Source: Clostridia bacterium (lineage in GTDB: Bacteria > Bacillota > Clostridia > Oscillospirales > CAG-272). Taken from it: a DNA stretch of 64,000 nt. The stretch lies in contig JAQYLJ010000067.1 in the NCBI GenBank assembly GCA_028720145.1, positions 91,890 through 155,889 of the forward strand, in the 5' to 3' direction. A program made the position numbers and the translations under genes. Within the stretch, counting starts at the first letter, position 1, and each line of letters starts with the position of its first letter. This document shows, one piece after another, positions 17,387-28,188 of the stretch. The notes below the pieces were generated by a model, which saw only the letters and a program-made list of their open reading frames with translations, did no database searches and was not told the DNA's origin.

Positions 17387-18463
17387 ATGGGCAAACAAAA
17401 AAATGGGGAAAAGCCCGTCACGGAAGCGGAAAGACTGCTCAAACAGTATCGCTCCCGTCTCGCAGCGGAGGGGTGGATCAAGTCCGCACTCTGCGGGGTG
17501 TCCGTCGGGTTTGCGCTGAATACGATTTACGCGGTCATCTGCTTGGTGTTCGGCATCAAGATGTTTTGGGTAGGCGTCCTTCTCTTTTTACTGGGGACAG
17601 CCACCACGCCCCTCATGTACTTTTTGCGGTTTCGGAATACCACCCGTCAGGTGGCGTCCCGCGTCGATATGCTCGGGCTTGAAGAGAGAGTGCTGACGAT
17701 GACACAGTTTGAAAGTGACGACAGTTTCATGGCGCGCCGCCAAAGAGAAGATACCGTTGCGGCACTCAAAAAGGTCAACGCATCACTGATCAAATTTGCG
17801 ATTTCCGTGCCGCTGATTGTTCTCTGCGTCACGACTTTCGTGTTGAGCGCGACGGCGACGACCGCCAATGCGCTGGTGGATAAGTCGCTCATCGCCATCA
17901 TCGATGAAGCGAAAGAGGAAACGCCCGCCTCCTACTACGCGATTACATACGGCGTAAAGGATAGTCAAGGCGGCAGGGTTGAGGGGGAACTCACGCAGAC
18001 GGTCCAAGCCGGATCGGCGACCACCCCCGTGCAGGCTATCGCGGATGACGGATACGTTTTCGTCGGCTGGACGGACGGATATGAGCAGGCGTACCGCATC
18101 GACACGGAGGTAGACGGCAACATCACCGCGAAAGCCATCTTCGTTCCCATTGATGAGAACGATATCCTCGAAGAAGAGGATGACAAAGCGGGAGAACCGG
18201 ACTCGTCCGATAAGTCGGGGGGCGGTCAGGAAAACGGACAACCGCAGCCGAGTGATCCGGAGGACGGCGACGGAGAAGGCAACGGCGGCGGCGCGGGAGG
18301 ATCCTCTGCTCCGAGTAACCAGGTCATCGACGGGCAGACCTTCTACGGCAACGAATACGGTAACAGTCTGTCCGACGCACAGGATGCCATGAATGCAGGG
18401 ACCGATCTCACAGGCGGACAGACCGGCACGATAGGCGACTACTTCAACAATATCGCCAAATAA
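17387..18463 (+). CDS. Multi-pass membrane protein with a Listeria-Bacteroides repeat ectodomain and a G/D/E-rich tail
   Basis: AAGGGGG precedes ATG 17387. Three hydrophobic helices, then YYAITYGVKDSQGG...DDGYVFVGWTDGYE...ITAKAIF, then an acidic/Gly-rich low-complexity tail. Confidence 0.75.
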   Translation: MGKQKNGEKPVTEAERLLKQYRSRLAAEGWIKSALCGVSVGFALNTIYAVICLVFGIKMFWVGVLLFLLGTATTPLMYFLRFRNTTRQVASRVDMLGLEERVLTMTQFESDDSFMARRQREDTVAALKKVNASLIKFAISVPLIVLCVTTFVLSATATTANALVDKSLIAIIDEAKEETPASYYAITYGVKDSQGGRVEGELTQTVQAGSATTPVQAIADDGYVFVGWTDGYEQAYRIDTEVDGNITAKAIFVPIDENDILEEEDDKAGEPDSSDKSGGGQENGQPQPSDPEDGDGEGNGGGAGGSSAPSNQVIDGQTFYGNEYGNSLSDAQDAMNAGTDLTGGQTGTIGDYFNNIAK

Positions 18464-18509
18464 TAGGCATACAACAGAATTTCTTAAAGACGAAAAAGGG
18501 AATATCGAA

Positions 18510-19550
18510 ATGGTTACAGAAGAAAGCATCCAACAGTTCAGCGCACAGTGCGCGCGCATTTTTGAAGAGACCCGCAAGGATATGATCGGGCAGGAGGATG
18601 TCGTGAGAAACACGATCATTGCCTTGATCGCAGGAGGAAACGTCCTGCTTGAAGGGGTGCCCGGGGTCGGTAAAACAAGACTTGTCAGAACGCTCAGCCG
18701 CGTGTTTGATCTTCCCTTTTCCCGCATTCAGTTCACTCCCGACCTGATGCCCGCGGACGTCACGGGGACCAACATCATCACCAAGGATGAAAACGGGAAA
18801 TCCACCTTCCGCTTCGAGCCGGGTCCGATTTTCGCCAACTTGATTCTGGCGGACGAAATCAACCGTGCGACCCCGAAGACCCAGTCCGCACTGCTGGAGG
18901 CCATGCAGGAGCATACCGTGACTGTCATGGGTGTCTCTCGGAAGATGAAGGAACCCTTCTTCGTCCTCGCAACGCAGAACCCCGTCGAGCAGGACGGCAC
19001 CTATCCGCTGCCCGAGGCACAGATGGACCGCTTTATGTTCAAGTTGGTGGTCGACAATCCCTCGCTCGAAGATTTGAAGGGAATTGTCACCATGACGCAA
19101 AAGACCATGGGTGAGGTCGCGAATGCCGCCTGCAACGCACAACAGCTGCTCGAGATGCGGGAGACGGCGAACCAGATACCCGTCGCGGATGAAGTCCTCG
19201 ACTTCGCCATGATGATCATCGCCGCGACCCAGCCCGACAGTGCGCACGCCTCCGAGGCGGCAAAGTCCTATATTCGTTTGGGTTCCTCTCCGCGTGGCGG
19301 GCAGGCGCTGATCTCCGCCGCAAAGGTGCTGGCACTGATGAACGGCAGATTCAATGTGTCCTATTCGGATGTCGCGTCGCTGGCGTTCCCGGTACTGCGT
19401 CATCGTTTGAAGATGAACTTTGAGGCAATCGCGGAATGCGTCTCGCCCGACTCGGTCATTCGCATGATTGTGGAAGAGGTCGCGAAGAGATGCAAGGTGC
19501 ACCTGGACGCCTCGGTATTTCAGAATGTCATTCGGGGAGAAAGCAAGTAA
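18510..19550 (+). CDS. MoxR-family AAA+ ATPase
   Basis: Walker A LLEGVPGVGKT, Walker B ILADEINRATPKTQSALLEAMQE, and the characteristic FSRIQFTPDLMPADVTG segment of AAA_3/MoxR. Confidence 0.92.
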   Translation: MVTEESIQQFSAQCARIFEETRKDMIGQEDVVRNTIIALIAGGNVLLEGVPGVGKTRLVRTLSRVFDLPFSRIQFTPDLMPADVTGTNIITKDENGKSTFRFEPGPIFANLILADEINRATPKTQSALLEAMQEHTVTVMGVSRKMKEPFFVLATQNPVEQDGTYPLPEAQMDRFMFKLVVDNPSLEDLKGIVTMTQKTMGEVANAACNAQQLLEMRETANQIPVADEVLDFAMMIIAATQPDSAHASEAAKSYIRLGSSPRGGQALISAAKVLALMNGRFNVSYSDVASLAFPVLRHRLKMNFEAIAECVSPDSVIRMIVEEVAKRCKVHLDASVFQNVIRGESK

Positions 19551-19556
19551 AAACGG

Positions 19557-20456
19557 ATGAAACCTTCGTATTTGAACGACGCGTTTTTCAGTCGGTTAGA
19601 GGCGCTTGCGTTTAATCTCCGCAAGGATCTCGGCGGATACTTCGGCGGGAAGCACCTGGTCAATACCTATGGGCAGACCGTCGAATTTGCCGATTACCGA
19701 GAATATATGCTGGGGGACGATATTCGCCGCATCGACTGGAATCTATACAGCCGTTTCGAGAAGTATTTTATCAAGTTGTTCACCGATGAGAGGCAGATGC
19801 ACGTGCAGATCTATATCGACTGCTCCGGCTCCATGGGGAAAGTCAATCCCGAAAAGGGGGCATATGCCATCGGGGTCGCCGCCGCGATGGGGTATCTCGC
19901 CATTCACAACATGGACAAAGTGTCCTATCATCTGATTCGGGGGAATAAAGCCGAAAATCCGTTCGGTACCATTGTGGGGAAGACCGCGTTCTTCCGTGCG
20001 ATGAAAACGCTGGATCAGATCGAGTTTGACGGTGAGGCCGCCATATCGGATGCCATCATCAAAAACCCGAATACCGGGACGGGTGACGGGCTTTCGGTGA
20101 TCATCTCCGACTATTTCTCAAACGACGACTGGAAAAAAGGGGTCGACTATCTTGTCTACAAGAAAAAGCAGATCCTGCTCATGCAGGTCTTTTCTCCCGA
20201 CGAACTCGACCCGACCTATACAGACAGAATCAATTTGATTGACGCGGAAGCCGTGGATATGGCGGATGGGCGCAACATGAAGCTTCGCATCAACAAATCC
20301 ATGCAACTGGCGTTCCGAGAGGCGGTCACCGCCTTTTATAAAGATATCGAGACTTTCGCAAAAAAGCGCGGCGCCGCCTTCATCGCCCTGGACTGCGAAA
20401 AGCCGATTGAACGACAACTTTTTGCCAAACTGATGAAACAAGGTACCGTATCGTGA
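19557..20456 (+). CDS. DUF58 family protein (vWA-like, MoxR partner)
   Basis: EFADYREYMLGDDIRRIDWNLYSR...IYIDCSGSM (DxSxS) is the typical DUF58 core. It starts 6 nt after moxR. Confidence 0.85.
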   Translation: MKPSYLNDAFFSRLEALAFNLRKDLGGYFGGKHLVNTYGQTVEFADYREYMLGDDIRRIDWNLYSRFEKYFIKLFTDERQMHVQIYIDCSGSMGKVNPEKGAYAIGVAAAMGYLAIHNMDKVSYHLIRGNKAENPFGTIVGKTAFFRAMKTLDQIEFDGEAAISDAIIKNPNTGTGDGLSVIISDYFSNDDWKKGVDYLVYKKKQILLMQVFSPDELDPTYTDRINLIDAEAVDMADGRNMKLRINKSMQLAFREAVTAFYKDIETFAKKRGAAFIALDCEKPIERQLFAKLMKQGTVS

Positions 20457-22459
20457 GATTACTCCTTCCATTAGGGCTCCTCGCTCTTGTCGGAATTCTC
20501 GTTCTCATCTTGATTTATATCATCAAGCCGAATTTCCAGCAAAAGTTGATTTCCACAACCTACATATGGAAACTGAGTCTGAAATTCAAAAAGCGCAAAA
20601 TACCGATCAGTAAATTGCGCAATATCCTGTTGGTGGCTTGCCAGGTGCTCATCATTACCGCCATCGCGTTCATTCTTTCCAAGACCGTACTTGTCTTGAA
20701 AGAGCAGATTTCCCAGCCGGAGGTCGTTCTGATCATTGACTCGTCTGCCAGTATGCGGACGGGCGATGAAAACACCAATCGGTATGCGCGGGCGGTGGAT
20801 GCCGCCGTCAAAGAGGCGGAGCGTACCTTTGACAGGGACGGGATCGTTTCCGTCATCCTCGCGGGGAGTGAGAACACTTACCTCGCGGAGCGCGCTTACG
20901 CGAACAGCCGCGAGCAGGTGGTCTCGGACATGACCGCTTTGCTCGATAACGGCACCCAATGCTCTTATGCTTCCGCCGACATGAATGCCGCGGTGACCAT
21001 GACGGATCGTGTTCTTTCGGTAAATCCCTCCGCGAAGATTTACCTCTATACCGATGAGACTTACGCGGATTTGTCCGAGAATATCAGCCTTGTGAATGTC
21101 GCCGAGGAAGAGGAATGGAACGCAGCCATTCTCAACGCGACGGCAATCTACGAGGATAACTTCTACACCTTCCGCGTGGAGGTCGCCTGCTACGGCAGAG
21201 ACAAAGATATTCCCGTGCGTCTGACTGTCAACGGGATCAACGCCACGAGCAGTGAGGACAAGAGTGCAGGGGATTTGACAATGGTGCAGACCGTACCCTG
21301 TATGAACGACGGCGTGTATACAGTCATCTTCAAGTATGTGCCGGAGGAAGAGAAAAAGGCATTTGTCGATTCTCTTGACGAAAACACGGTCTTCTACAAC
21401 ATTCCGATGGAAGACCGCGCGTACTCCTATCAGTCGGTACTCGTCAGCCTTGACGCAGATGACTCGCTGAAGCAGGACAATGCGTTCAGCATTTACGGCG
21501 GGCTGAAAGAGACGGTCAGAATCCAGTATTACAGTTCCGGGAGTGACGCGAGCACGGGCGGATCGCTCGGACCGAATGTATTTTTCCAGCAGGCGCTCGC
21601 GGCGCTGAAAAAGAATTATGCCGACAGATGGGATATCCAGATCACCGAGGTAAAAAAGGGGAATCCCTATGAGACGTCGGGATTTGACTTCTATATCTTC
21701 GAGCACGATATGCCGAGCAATTTGCCGACGGACGGCGTGGTGCTTCTCGCCGACCCGATGATGACGGCGCCGGCCGACTCCGGCATCCGTTTTGAGAAGA
21801 TCGTCGATATGAGCCGAAACAGCGTCTATCTCGCATCCGAGGAGACGCACCCCATTCTTGCCGGTACGACGCCGACCAATATCACGGTCAGTCGCTACGA
21901 CAAGGTGAGCTATGACCCGGCATATACCATGCTGCTCTCCTATGCGGGCGACCCCATGCTGCTCGTCAGAAACGACAGTGTAGCGCGCGTGGCGGTCATG
22001 TGCTTCTCGCTTCATTACTCCAATCTGCCGTTGCTCATTGACTTCCCGCTGATCATGTATAATATGTTCGGGTACTTTTTTCCGGCTACGGTAAATTCCA
22101 ATGCGTTCGAGACGGACGAGACGGTTTTGCTCAACTGCCGCGGCGAATCGCTGACCGTCAGTGACGGCACAAACGAGTACGTGTTTAACACGTTCCCCGC
22201 GAGTATGCAACTCAGCACCCCCGGCTCCTACACCGTTTCTCAAAAGACGTTCGCTAATAAAGAAGTGGTGGAGACCGTCTTTGTCAGAATGCCGCGTGCC
22301 GAGAGCGATATCTTCTCCGAGGAAGAGGCGCTCAGAAGTCCGTATTACACAATCGACGAGAGCGATTACTATAACGATGTGCTCCTGTATATCGCCGGTG
22401 CTTTGGTAGCGCTGCTGATGCTGGAATGGTATCTGCAGCACAAAGAGAGCAGTATTTAA
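20453..22459 (+). CDS. BatA-N-terminal-domain / vWA membrane protein
   Basis: N-terminal double-TM LLLPLGLLALVGILVLILIYIIKP..., MIDAS-like LIIDSSASM, and a C-terminal TM (LLYIAGALVALLMLEWY). GTG 20453 overlaps the upstream TGA. Confidence 0.8.
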   Translation: MRLLLPLGLLALVGILVLILIYIIKPNFQQKLISTTYIWKLSLKFKKRKIPISKLRNILLVACQVLIITAIAFILSKTVLVLKEQISQPEVVLIIDSSASMRTGDENTNRYARAVDAAVKEAERTFDRDGIVSVILAGSENTYLAERAYANSREQVVSDMTALLDNGTQCSYASADMNAAVTMTDRVLSVNPSAKIYLYTDETYADLSENISLVNVAEEEEWNAAILNATAIYEDNFYTFRVEVACYGRDKDIPVRLTVNGINATSSEDKSAGDLTMVQTVPCMNDGVYTVIFKYVPEEEKKAFVDSLDENTVFYNIPMEDRAYSYQSVLVSLDADDSLKQDNAFSIYGGLKETVRIQYYSSGSDASTGGSLGPNVFFQQALAALKKNYADRWDIQITEVKKGNPYETSGFDFYIFEHDMPSNLPTDGVVLLADPMMTAPADSGIRFEKIVDMSRNSVYLASEETHPILAGTTPTNITVSRYDKVSYDPAYTMLLSYAGDPMLLVRNDSVARVAVMCFSLHYSNLPLLIDFPLIMYNMFGYFFPATVNSNAFETDETVLLNCRGESLTVSDGTNEYVFNTFPASMQLSTPGSYTVSQKTFANKEVVETVFVRMPRAESDIFSEEEALRSPYYTIDESDYYNDVLLYIAGALVALLMLEWYLQHKESSI

Positions 22460-22471
22460 GGAGGCGGAACA

Positions 22472-25351
22472 ATGGCACATTTCAGAATACATTTTTCATA
22501 TCCGCTACTCCTTCTCGTCTTTCTGCTCGGTCTCGGATTGACGGTGCTTCTGTATTTCCGTCTTTCCAAGAAGTACAGAAAAAACAGAAACCGCGTGACC
22601 TCCATCGTGTTGCACCTCATTGTGTTTGCGCTTGCGGTTCTGACCCTGGCGGGAACCGTGTTTACCTACGAGATCCCAAATGAGGACAACCAGATTATTC
22701 TGCTTGTAGATGTCTCCGATACGGAGGAACAGTCCCGCGAGGCAAGAGACAATTTCGTGAGGACCGTTCTCGATATGGGGCAGTACGACGGGTTCAGCAT
22801 CGGGATCGTCACCTTCGGCTTCAGTCAGGTGTATGCCGTCGAGATGACGAACAAGATCTCGGTCGATAAAATGATGGACCTCTATTTGGCGGCGGAACAA
22901 CCCGACACCACGGCGACGGATATCGCCGCCGCACTGACCTATGCATCCTCTCTCTTCACCAATCCCGAGGCGGCACGCATCGTGCTCGTCACGGACGGAA
23001 AAGAAACCGACGAGGAGGCGGCGACGGTCATCCGCACGGTCAGTGCAAAGGGGATCGGCGTGGATGTCGCGAACATCCCGTCCTCGTTCAGCGGTGCCGA
23101 TATGCAATTGGTCGGGACCGTCCTGCCGGATTACCATGTTTCTCCCGGCGTCAGTTGCCCCATCGCAGTCACACTGCACGCAAGCGGCGCGGCGGAGGCC
23201 AAAGTGGAGTTTTACGACAACGGCACATTGGTGTCGTCGCAAACCGTGACCACTTCTGCGGGAGCACAGAATGTCACGTTCGACCACACCTTCTCGGGGG
23301 CAGGCTTGCACGCGCTCTCTTTCCGACTCCTGACAGGGGATGACCTGCTCTCGGAAAACAACACCTATTACACATATATGAACCTGGAGAACTTCGACAA
23401 GATACTTGTTCTGGAACACAAGGACGGGGAATCCGAGAAGTTGAAACAACTCCTCACCACGGGAGACAGTGTTTACGACGTGACGGTCAAGAACATCACG
23501 AGTGACACGACCCTACCGACGACCTCGGAAGAACTACGCGTATACGACCAGGTGATTCTGAACAATATCGCGAGAGCCGATATGCCCGAGGGTTTTGAAC
23601 AGATGCTCCAAGAGTATGTCAGCAAGTACGGCGGCGGACTCTTTACCGTCGGCGGTGCCGACAAGGTGGAGGGGGCGGTAGGCGAAGAGGACCGCTATGT
23701 CGCCCACTCTTACAACCGCGAGGATATGTGGGGAAGCATTTACCAGGAGATGCTGCCGGTTCAGGCAATCAAGTATACGCCTCCGATTGCCCTCATGGTG
23801 ATTGTGGACCGTTCCGGGTCCATGAGCGCGGTGGACGGTTCCACGGGGGGTACCTACTACGATTTGGCACTGTCCGGTGCGGCAGGGTGCCTGGAAGCAC
23901 TGACCGAGCGCGACTACTTTGGTCTGATGACACTGGACAGCAACTACGAGACGCTGCTTGCTCTCACGCCGCGTTCACAGGATGCGAAGATCAAGAAAGC
24001 CATCAACGATGCCCGTGAATTGGGGACGACGGGCGGTACCGTATTCCCCGAAGCGATCGACCGTGCGAGCCGCGCGCTTCTTTCGCTCAATGTGGCGAGA
24101 CGCCACGTCATCATTGTCACCGACGGTCTGGTACCGAAGGAACAGGAAGCCGAGTATCTCGATTATATCAGACAGTTCCACAACAACAACGGCATTACTT
24201 ATTCGGTTGTCGGGATCGGCGTCTCTGCGGGGTCCGCTGCCGCCACGCAGATGCAGGTTGCCTGCACCGCGGGCGGAGGGAGACTCTACACCATCACCGA
24301 CGGGACCGAGATGATCAGTTCCATGCGCGAGGATCTCCGCGTCCCCGAAATCAAGGAAGTCAACTACGAAACCTATCATCCGACCGTACGCAACACCCTG
24401 TCCTCTCTTCTGAACGGGATTGAACTCACGGTAACGGAGGACGGCAGACAGACTCCGAAAATGACGGCGACACTGGACGGCTTCTTCGGCGTCAAGGTCA
24501 AGGAGGGGGCGGACCTCGTCCTGATGGGGGATTACGATGTCCCCATTTACGCACAGTGGAAGTATGGGAAGGGCACCGTCGGCAGTTTCATGTGCGATTT
24601 GAACGGCACATGGTCTTCGGATTTCCTCACCGCAACAGAGGAGAACAAGGGCTCCGGCATACAGTTCATCCGAAATGTGGTGAACGCCATCATGCCGATG
24701 GAATCCATCCGTGAGAATCCGATCACCGTGAGTATCTCCCAAGACAACTATACGAATCAGCTCAGTATTTTCACAGCACTTGGCGAGGGAGAGCGCGTTG
24801 TCGGGTATCTCAAGAATATGACAGATCCCATGGCGGTGGGGATTCCGCTGGATACCGTCACGGCGGCGCCGGAGGGAACAAGGCTCGAAGACCTTGCTTG
24901 CTACATCACCTCGCCGCTGAACGCATCCAACAATTACAGCCGTTGCGGCTTTGTCATGAAACAGGCGGGCGTGTATGAACTCGCACTCCAAAAGGTCGAT
25001 GCGGACGGAAACGTGCTCGCCGAATATCAAGCATATCGGTCGTTCTCCTTCTCGGAGGAATACGATTTGGCAGAAGTCCCGACGAACGCGGAACTCGTCG
25101 CGTCTCTTTCCGCCCTCGCGAAGAACGGCGGCGGAGCGCTCATCGCGAATAACGGAGACCCCGTCGAGGTGTTCGCGAATTTCGTCACTGCCATTCAGAA
25201 GTCCTTCGACCCGCGGTATGTGTTTATGATTCTGGCACTGATTCTGTTCCTCGCAGACATTGCCGTTCGTAAATTCAAGTTCAAATGGCCGCACGAGATT
25301 ATTCGTGCACACCGCGAAAAGGTACGGAACAAGAAAGGGGGATCGGAATGA
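22472..25351 (+). CDS. Membrane-anchored double-vWA protein with a central GATase1-like (DUF1355-like) domain
   Basis: AAGGAGG (22458-22464) precedes ATG 22472. N-terminal TM pair; vWA 1 (ILLVDVSDT); ILVLEHKDGES...VILNNI...GGGLFTVGG; vWA 2 (MVIVDRSGSM); C-terminal TM (FMILALILFLADIAV). Confidence 0.8.
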   Translation: MAHFRIHFSYPLLLLVFLLGLGLTVLLYFRLSKKYRKNRNRVTSIVLHLIVFALAVLTLAGTVFTYEIPNEDNQIILLVDVSDTEEQSREARDNFVRTVLDMGQYDGFSIGIVTFGFSQVYAVEMTNKISVDKMMDLYLAAEQPDTTATDIAAALTYASSLFTNPEAARIVLVTDGKETDEEAATVIRTVSAKGIGVDVANIPSSFSGADMQLVGTVLPDYHVSPGVSCPIAVTLHASGAAEAKVEFYDNGTLVSSQTVTTSAGAQNVTFDHTFSGAGLHALSFRLLTGDDLLSENNTYYTYMNLENFDKILVLEHKDGESEKLKQLLTTGDSVYDVTVKNITSDTTLPTTSEELRVYDQVILNNIARADMPEGFEQMLQEYVSKYGGGLFTVGGADKVEGAVGEEDRYVAHSYNREDMWGSIYQEMLPVQAIKYTPPIALMVIVDRSGSMSAVDGSTGGTYYDLALSGAAGCLEALTERDYFGLMTLDSNYETLLALTPRSQDAKIKKAINDARELGTTGGTVFPEAIDRASRALLSLNVARRHVIIVTDGLVPKEQEAEYLDYIRQFHNNNGITYSVVGIGVSAGSAAATQMQVACTAGGGRLYTITDGTEMISSMREDLRVPEIKEVNYETYHPTVRNTLSSLLNGIELTVTEDGRQTPKMTATLDGFFGVKVKEGADLVLMGDYDVPIYAQWKYGKGTVGSFMCDLNGTWSSDFLTATEENKGSGIQFIRNVVNAIMPMESIRENPITVSISQDNYTNQLSIFTALGEGERVVGYLKNMTDPMAVGIPLDTVTAAPEGTRLEDLACYITSPLNASNNYSRCGFVMKQAGVYELALQKVDADGNVLAEYQAYRSFSFSEEYDLAEVPTNAELVASLSALAKNGGGALIANNGDPVEVFANFVTAIQKSFDPRYVFMILALILFLADIAVRKFKFKWPHEIIRAHREKVRNKKGGSE

Positions 25352-28122
25352 ACAAGCGTATTTTGACACTGTTCTTCGCCGTTCTGGCGATGCTGCTCCT
25401 CCTCTTGCTGACCTCCTGCTCGGAAGAACTGGCTGCGCCCGAAGAATTAAAGATTGATGACGACAATCAGCTCTCTTGGGCGAGCGTGGAATCCGCGCGC
25501 ATTTACACGGTCGAGATTCAGAATGTGAACGGCGGCGACGCCGTCAGGAAGACGACGCGGCAGACAAACTATTCTCTTTCCGACCTCACAGTTGGGGACT
25601 ATGAGATCCGTGTCATGGCGACGGGCGGAGCGGAGAACGAACTGACCTCCGATTGGTCGTCGGCGCTATCGTTCCACCGCGATTATGAATCCGGTTGTGT
25701 CTACGAGCTATATAACGGCAACAGTGAATATCGGATCACCGGGGCGGGAAGCGCGAACGATACGGTCCTTATCGAGGGGACCTACCGTGGGAAACCCGTG
25801 ACCGCGATTGCGGACAATGCATTTAAGGGGAACCGCAGCATCGTGAATGTGGTCCTCGGAGAAAACATCCGCAGCATCGGGGAGAATGCGTTTTATAACT
25901 GCCCGCAGCTGCAATCGGTTTCTCTGCCCGAAAGTCTGACGTCCGTCGGGATATCCGCTTTTCAGGGATGCCGCGCGCTTGTCGCGGTAAATATCCCGTC
26001 AAAACTGACCGCCATCCCGGACTATTGCTTCACTTATTGCCGTGCGCTTGCGTCGGTTCGATTGAGTGACAATATGAAGACCATCGGGGAATCCGCTTTT
26101 GCGGGCACCGCGCTGACCGCGGTGGAGATACCCGACGGCACGGAGTATATCGGACCCTACGCCTTTTCCGCCATGAACGATCTCACGGAAGTGCATATCG
26201 GACGCGGTGTGAAGACAATCTGCGAGTATGCGTTCAGCGAGAACCCGCTGCTTGCGTCGGTCGTGTTCGCGCAAGACAGCGTACTGGATACCATCGGGGA
26301 CCGCTGTTTTGTGAATGACAAGCTGCTCGGGGGCATCGAACTTCCGTCCGGCATGACGGATATCGGAGATCGCTGTTTCTACGGTTGTACCGAGTTTTCA
26401 TCGGTGACCATTCCCGACAGTGTGACGCATATCGGCTCCATGGCATTCAATGCGACGAAGCTCTACGCGGATTCCACGTCGGATTTCGTCTACGCCGATC
26501 GGTGGCTGGTTGCCGTCAAGAATCTGAACGCATATAAAAAAATCGACGCTACGCATATCAAAGACAACACGGTCGGTATCAGTGACACCTGCTTTTATCA
26601 GGCACAGTTGCTGGAATCCGTCACCTTGCCCGCTTCCGTTAAGACGGTCGGGAAATTTGCGTTCCAAAGTTGTCCCGAACTTGCCGAATTTAAGGCGGGC
26701 GCCTCGCTTCTGCGTATTCAGTACGCCGCGTTCAATGCTTGCGAAAAACTCTATAAACTGAATTTGACAAACAGTTCGCTCACCGAGATTGACGATTTCG
26801 CGTTTTACGGATGCAAGGCATTGGACAATAACGCACTCACGCCCATCATTCCGAAAAGCGTTACGCGCATCGGGCTGCGGGCATTTGAGGGGACGCGCCT
26901 TTGGTCGAACCCGGACGAGAACAATATCATCTATGCCGGGACATGGGTCGTCGGGTACAAAGACGGCGCCACCATCGGCGAGGCGACACTGAAGGATACG
27001 GTGACGGGAATCGCGGATTACGCCTTTTCCGACTGCGACTCTCTTGTGACGCTCGGGAATCTGACCCGTTGTCTCTATATCGGAGAGGGGGCGTTCTATA
27101 ATTGCACCCAGCTCATGTCGGTTGCGCTCCATTCTCGCCTGACGACACTACCGGATTATGTGTTCTACAAATGCTCCAATCTGCTGAATATCGCATTTCC
27201 CACGATGCTGGAGTCGATCGGCAGATCCGCCTTCTATAAGTGTTCCTCCATTTTTGAACTGGACTTCTCCGAGACCTATGCGTTTCGGTCCATCGGCGAT
27301 TACGCATTTTACGGATGCACCAACCTGAAAACCGTCGATTTCGGAGAAAATCTCACGGATATCGGCACGAACACGTTTTATCGTTGCAAGTCACTGAAAT
27401 CCGTCTCCATTCCGAACACGCTCCAAGTGATTCCCGACGATGCCTTCGCTTTCTGCTCGGTTTTGGAGTCGGTTGTGCTCGGCTCGGGGGTAGAACATAT
27501 CGGCAGCCGTGCATTTTATAAGTGCGAGATGCTGAATGCGCTTTGTTTACCCGATGCAGTCAAGACCGTTGGGGATAACGCGTTTTACAAGTGCAGCGGT
27601 ATCAAGACACTGGAAATCGGAAACGCGGTTCAATCCATCGGAGACTACGCCTTCTACGGACTCGAACAGATCGAAACGCTGCGCCTGCCCGCGACACTGA
27701 CCTTGATCGGGAAATATGCCTTCAAGGGGGCTGCGGCACTGAAAACGCTGATCATCCCCGCGAGCGTGACCGAAATCCGCGTGAACGCGTTTTACGGTTG
27801 CTATCAAGCGACCTTCTATATCGAGGAGGGAGCCGACACACATGACTGGAACCTCCGTTGGAATTCTTCCAACCGTCCCGTGGTCTTCGGTGTTCATCTC
27901 TCGGATACAGGCGATTATGTCGTGTCCGTTACGGTCAATGCCGACACGGTGAAAAACGATAAGAACTTGACGGATGCCATCAAGCCGATCGCCTCTCCTG
28001 AGCGCGTCGGGTATACCTTCGCCGGTTGGGTACGGCAGGACGGGACCGCGGTTGGCACCGAGGAACTTTCCGCACAATCGGAGGGGACCGCTTTGACGGC
28101 AGTCTGGACGCCTCTTTCATAG
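25348..28122 (+). CDS. Surface lipoprotein (924 aa): FN3-like module, BspA-type LRR array, C-terminal Listeria-Bacteroides repeat
   Basis: ATG 25348 overlaps the upstream TGA (ATGA). Lipobox LLLLLTSC; LSWASVESARIYTVEI; many IP.SVT.IG..AF..C units; C-terminus VGYTFAGWVRQDG...LTAVW. Confidence 0.88.
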   Translation: MNKRILTLFFAVLAMLLLLLLTSCSEELAAPEELKIDDDNQLSWASVESARIYTVEIQNVNGGDAVRKTTRQTNYSLSDLTVGDYEIRVMATGGAENELTSDWSSALSFHRDYESGCVYELYNGNSEYRITGAGSANDTVLIEGTYRGKPVTAIADNAFKGNRSIVNVVLGENIRSIGENAFYNCPQLQSVSLPESLTSVGISAFQGCRALVAVNIPSKLTAIPDYCFTYCRALASVRLSDNMKTIGESAFAGTALTAVEIPDGTEYIGPYAFSAMNDLTEVHIGRGVKTICEYAFSENPLLASVVFAQDSVLDTIGDRCFVNDKLLGGIELPSGMTDIGDRCFYGCTEFSSVTIPDSVTHIGSMAFNATKLYADSTSDFVYADRWLVAVKNLNAYKKIDATHIKDNTVGISDTCFYQAQLLESVTLPASVKTVGKFAFQSCPELAEFKAGASLLRIQYAAFNACEKLYKLNLTNSSLTEIDDFAFYGCKALDNNALTPIIPKSVTRIGLRAFEGTRLWSNPDENNIIYAGTWVVGYKDGATIGEATLKDTVTGIADYAFSDCDSLVTLGNLTRCLYIGEGAFYNCTQLMSVALHSRLTTLPDYVFYKCSNLLNIAFPTMLESIGRSAFYKCSSIFELDFSETYAFRSIGDYAFYGCTNLKTVDFGENLTDIGTNTFYRCKSLKSVSIPNTLQVIPDDAFAFCSVLESVVLGSGVEHIGSRAFYKCEMLNALCLPDAVKTVGDNAFYKCSGIKTLEIGNAVQSIGDYAFYGLEQIETLRLPATLTLIGKYAFKGAAALKTLIIPASVTEIRVNAFYGCYQATFYIEEGADTHDWNLRWNSSNRPVVFGVHLSDTGDYVVSVTVNADTVKNDKNLTDAIKPIASPERVGYTFAGWVRQDGTAVGTEELSAQSEGTALTAVWTPLS
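25705..27830 (+). repeat. BspA-type LRR array (protein-level)
   Basis: Units such as LPESLTSVGISAFQGCRALVAVNIPSKLTAIPDYCF recur through this span. Confidence 0.8.
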
Positions 28123-28188
28123 AGGATTCCCATACGCGGGAAAACGATGATTCGATTGATTTTCTATCTTTGAGGTAACGAGAGAATT

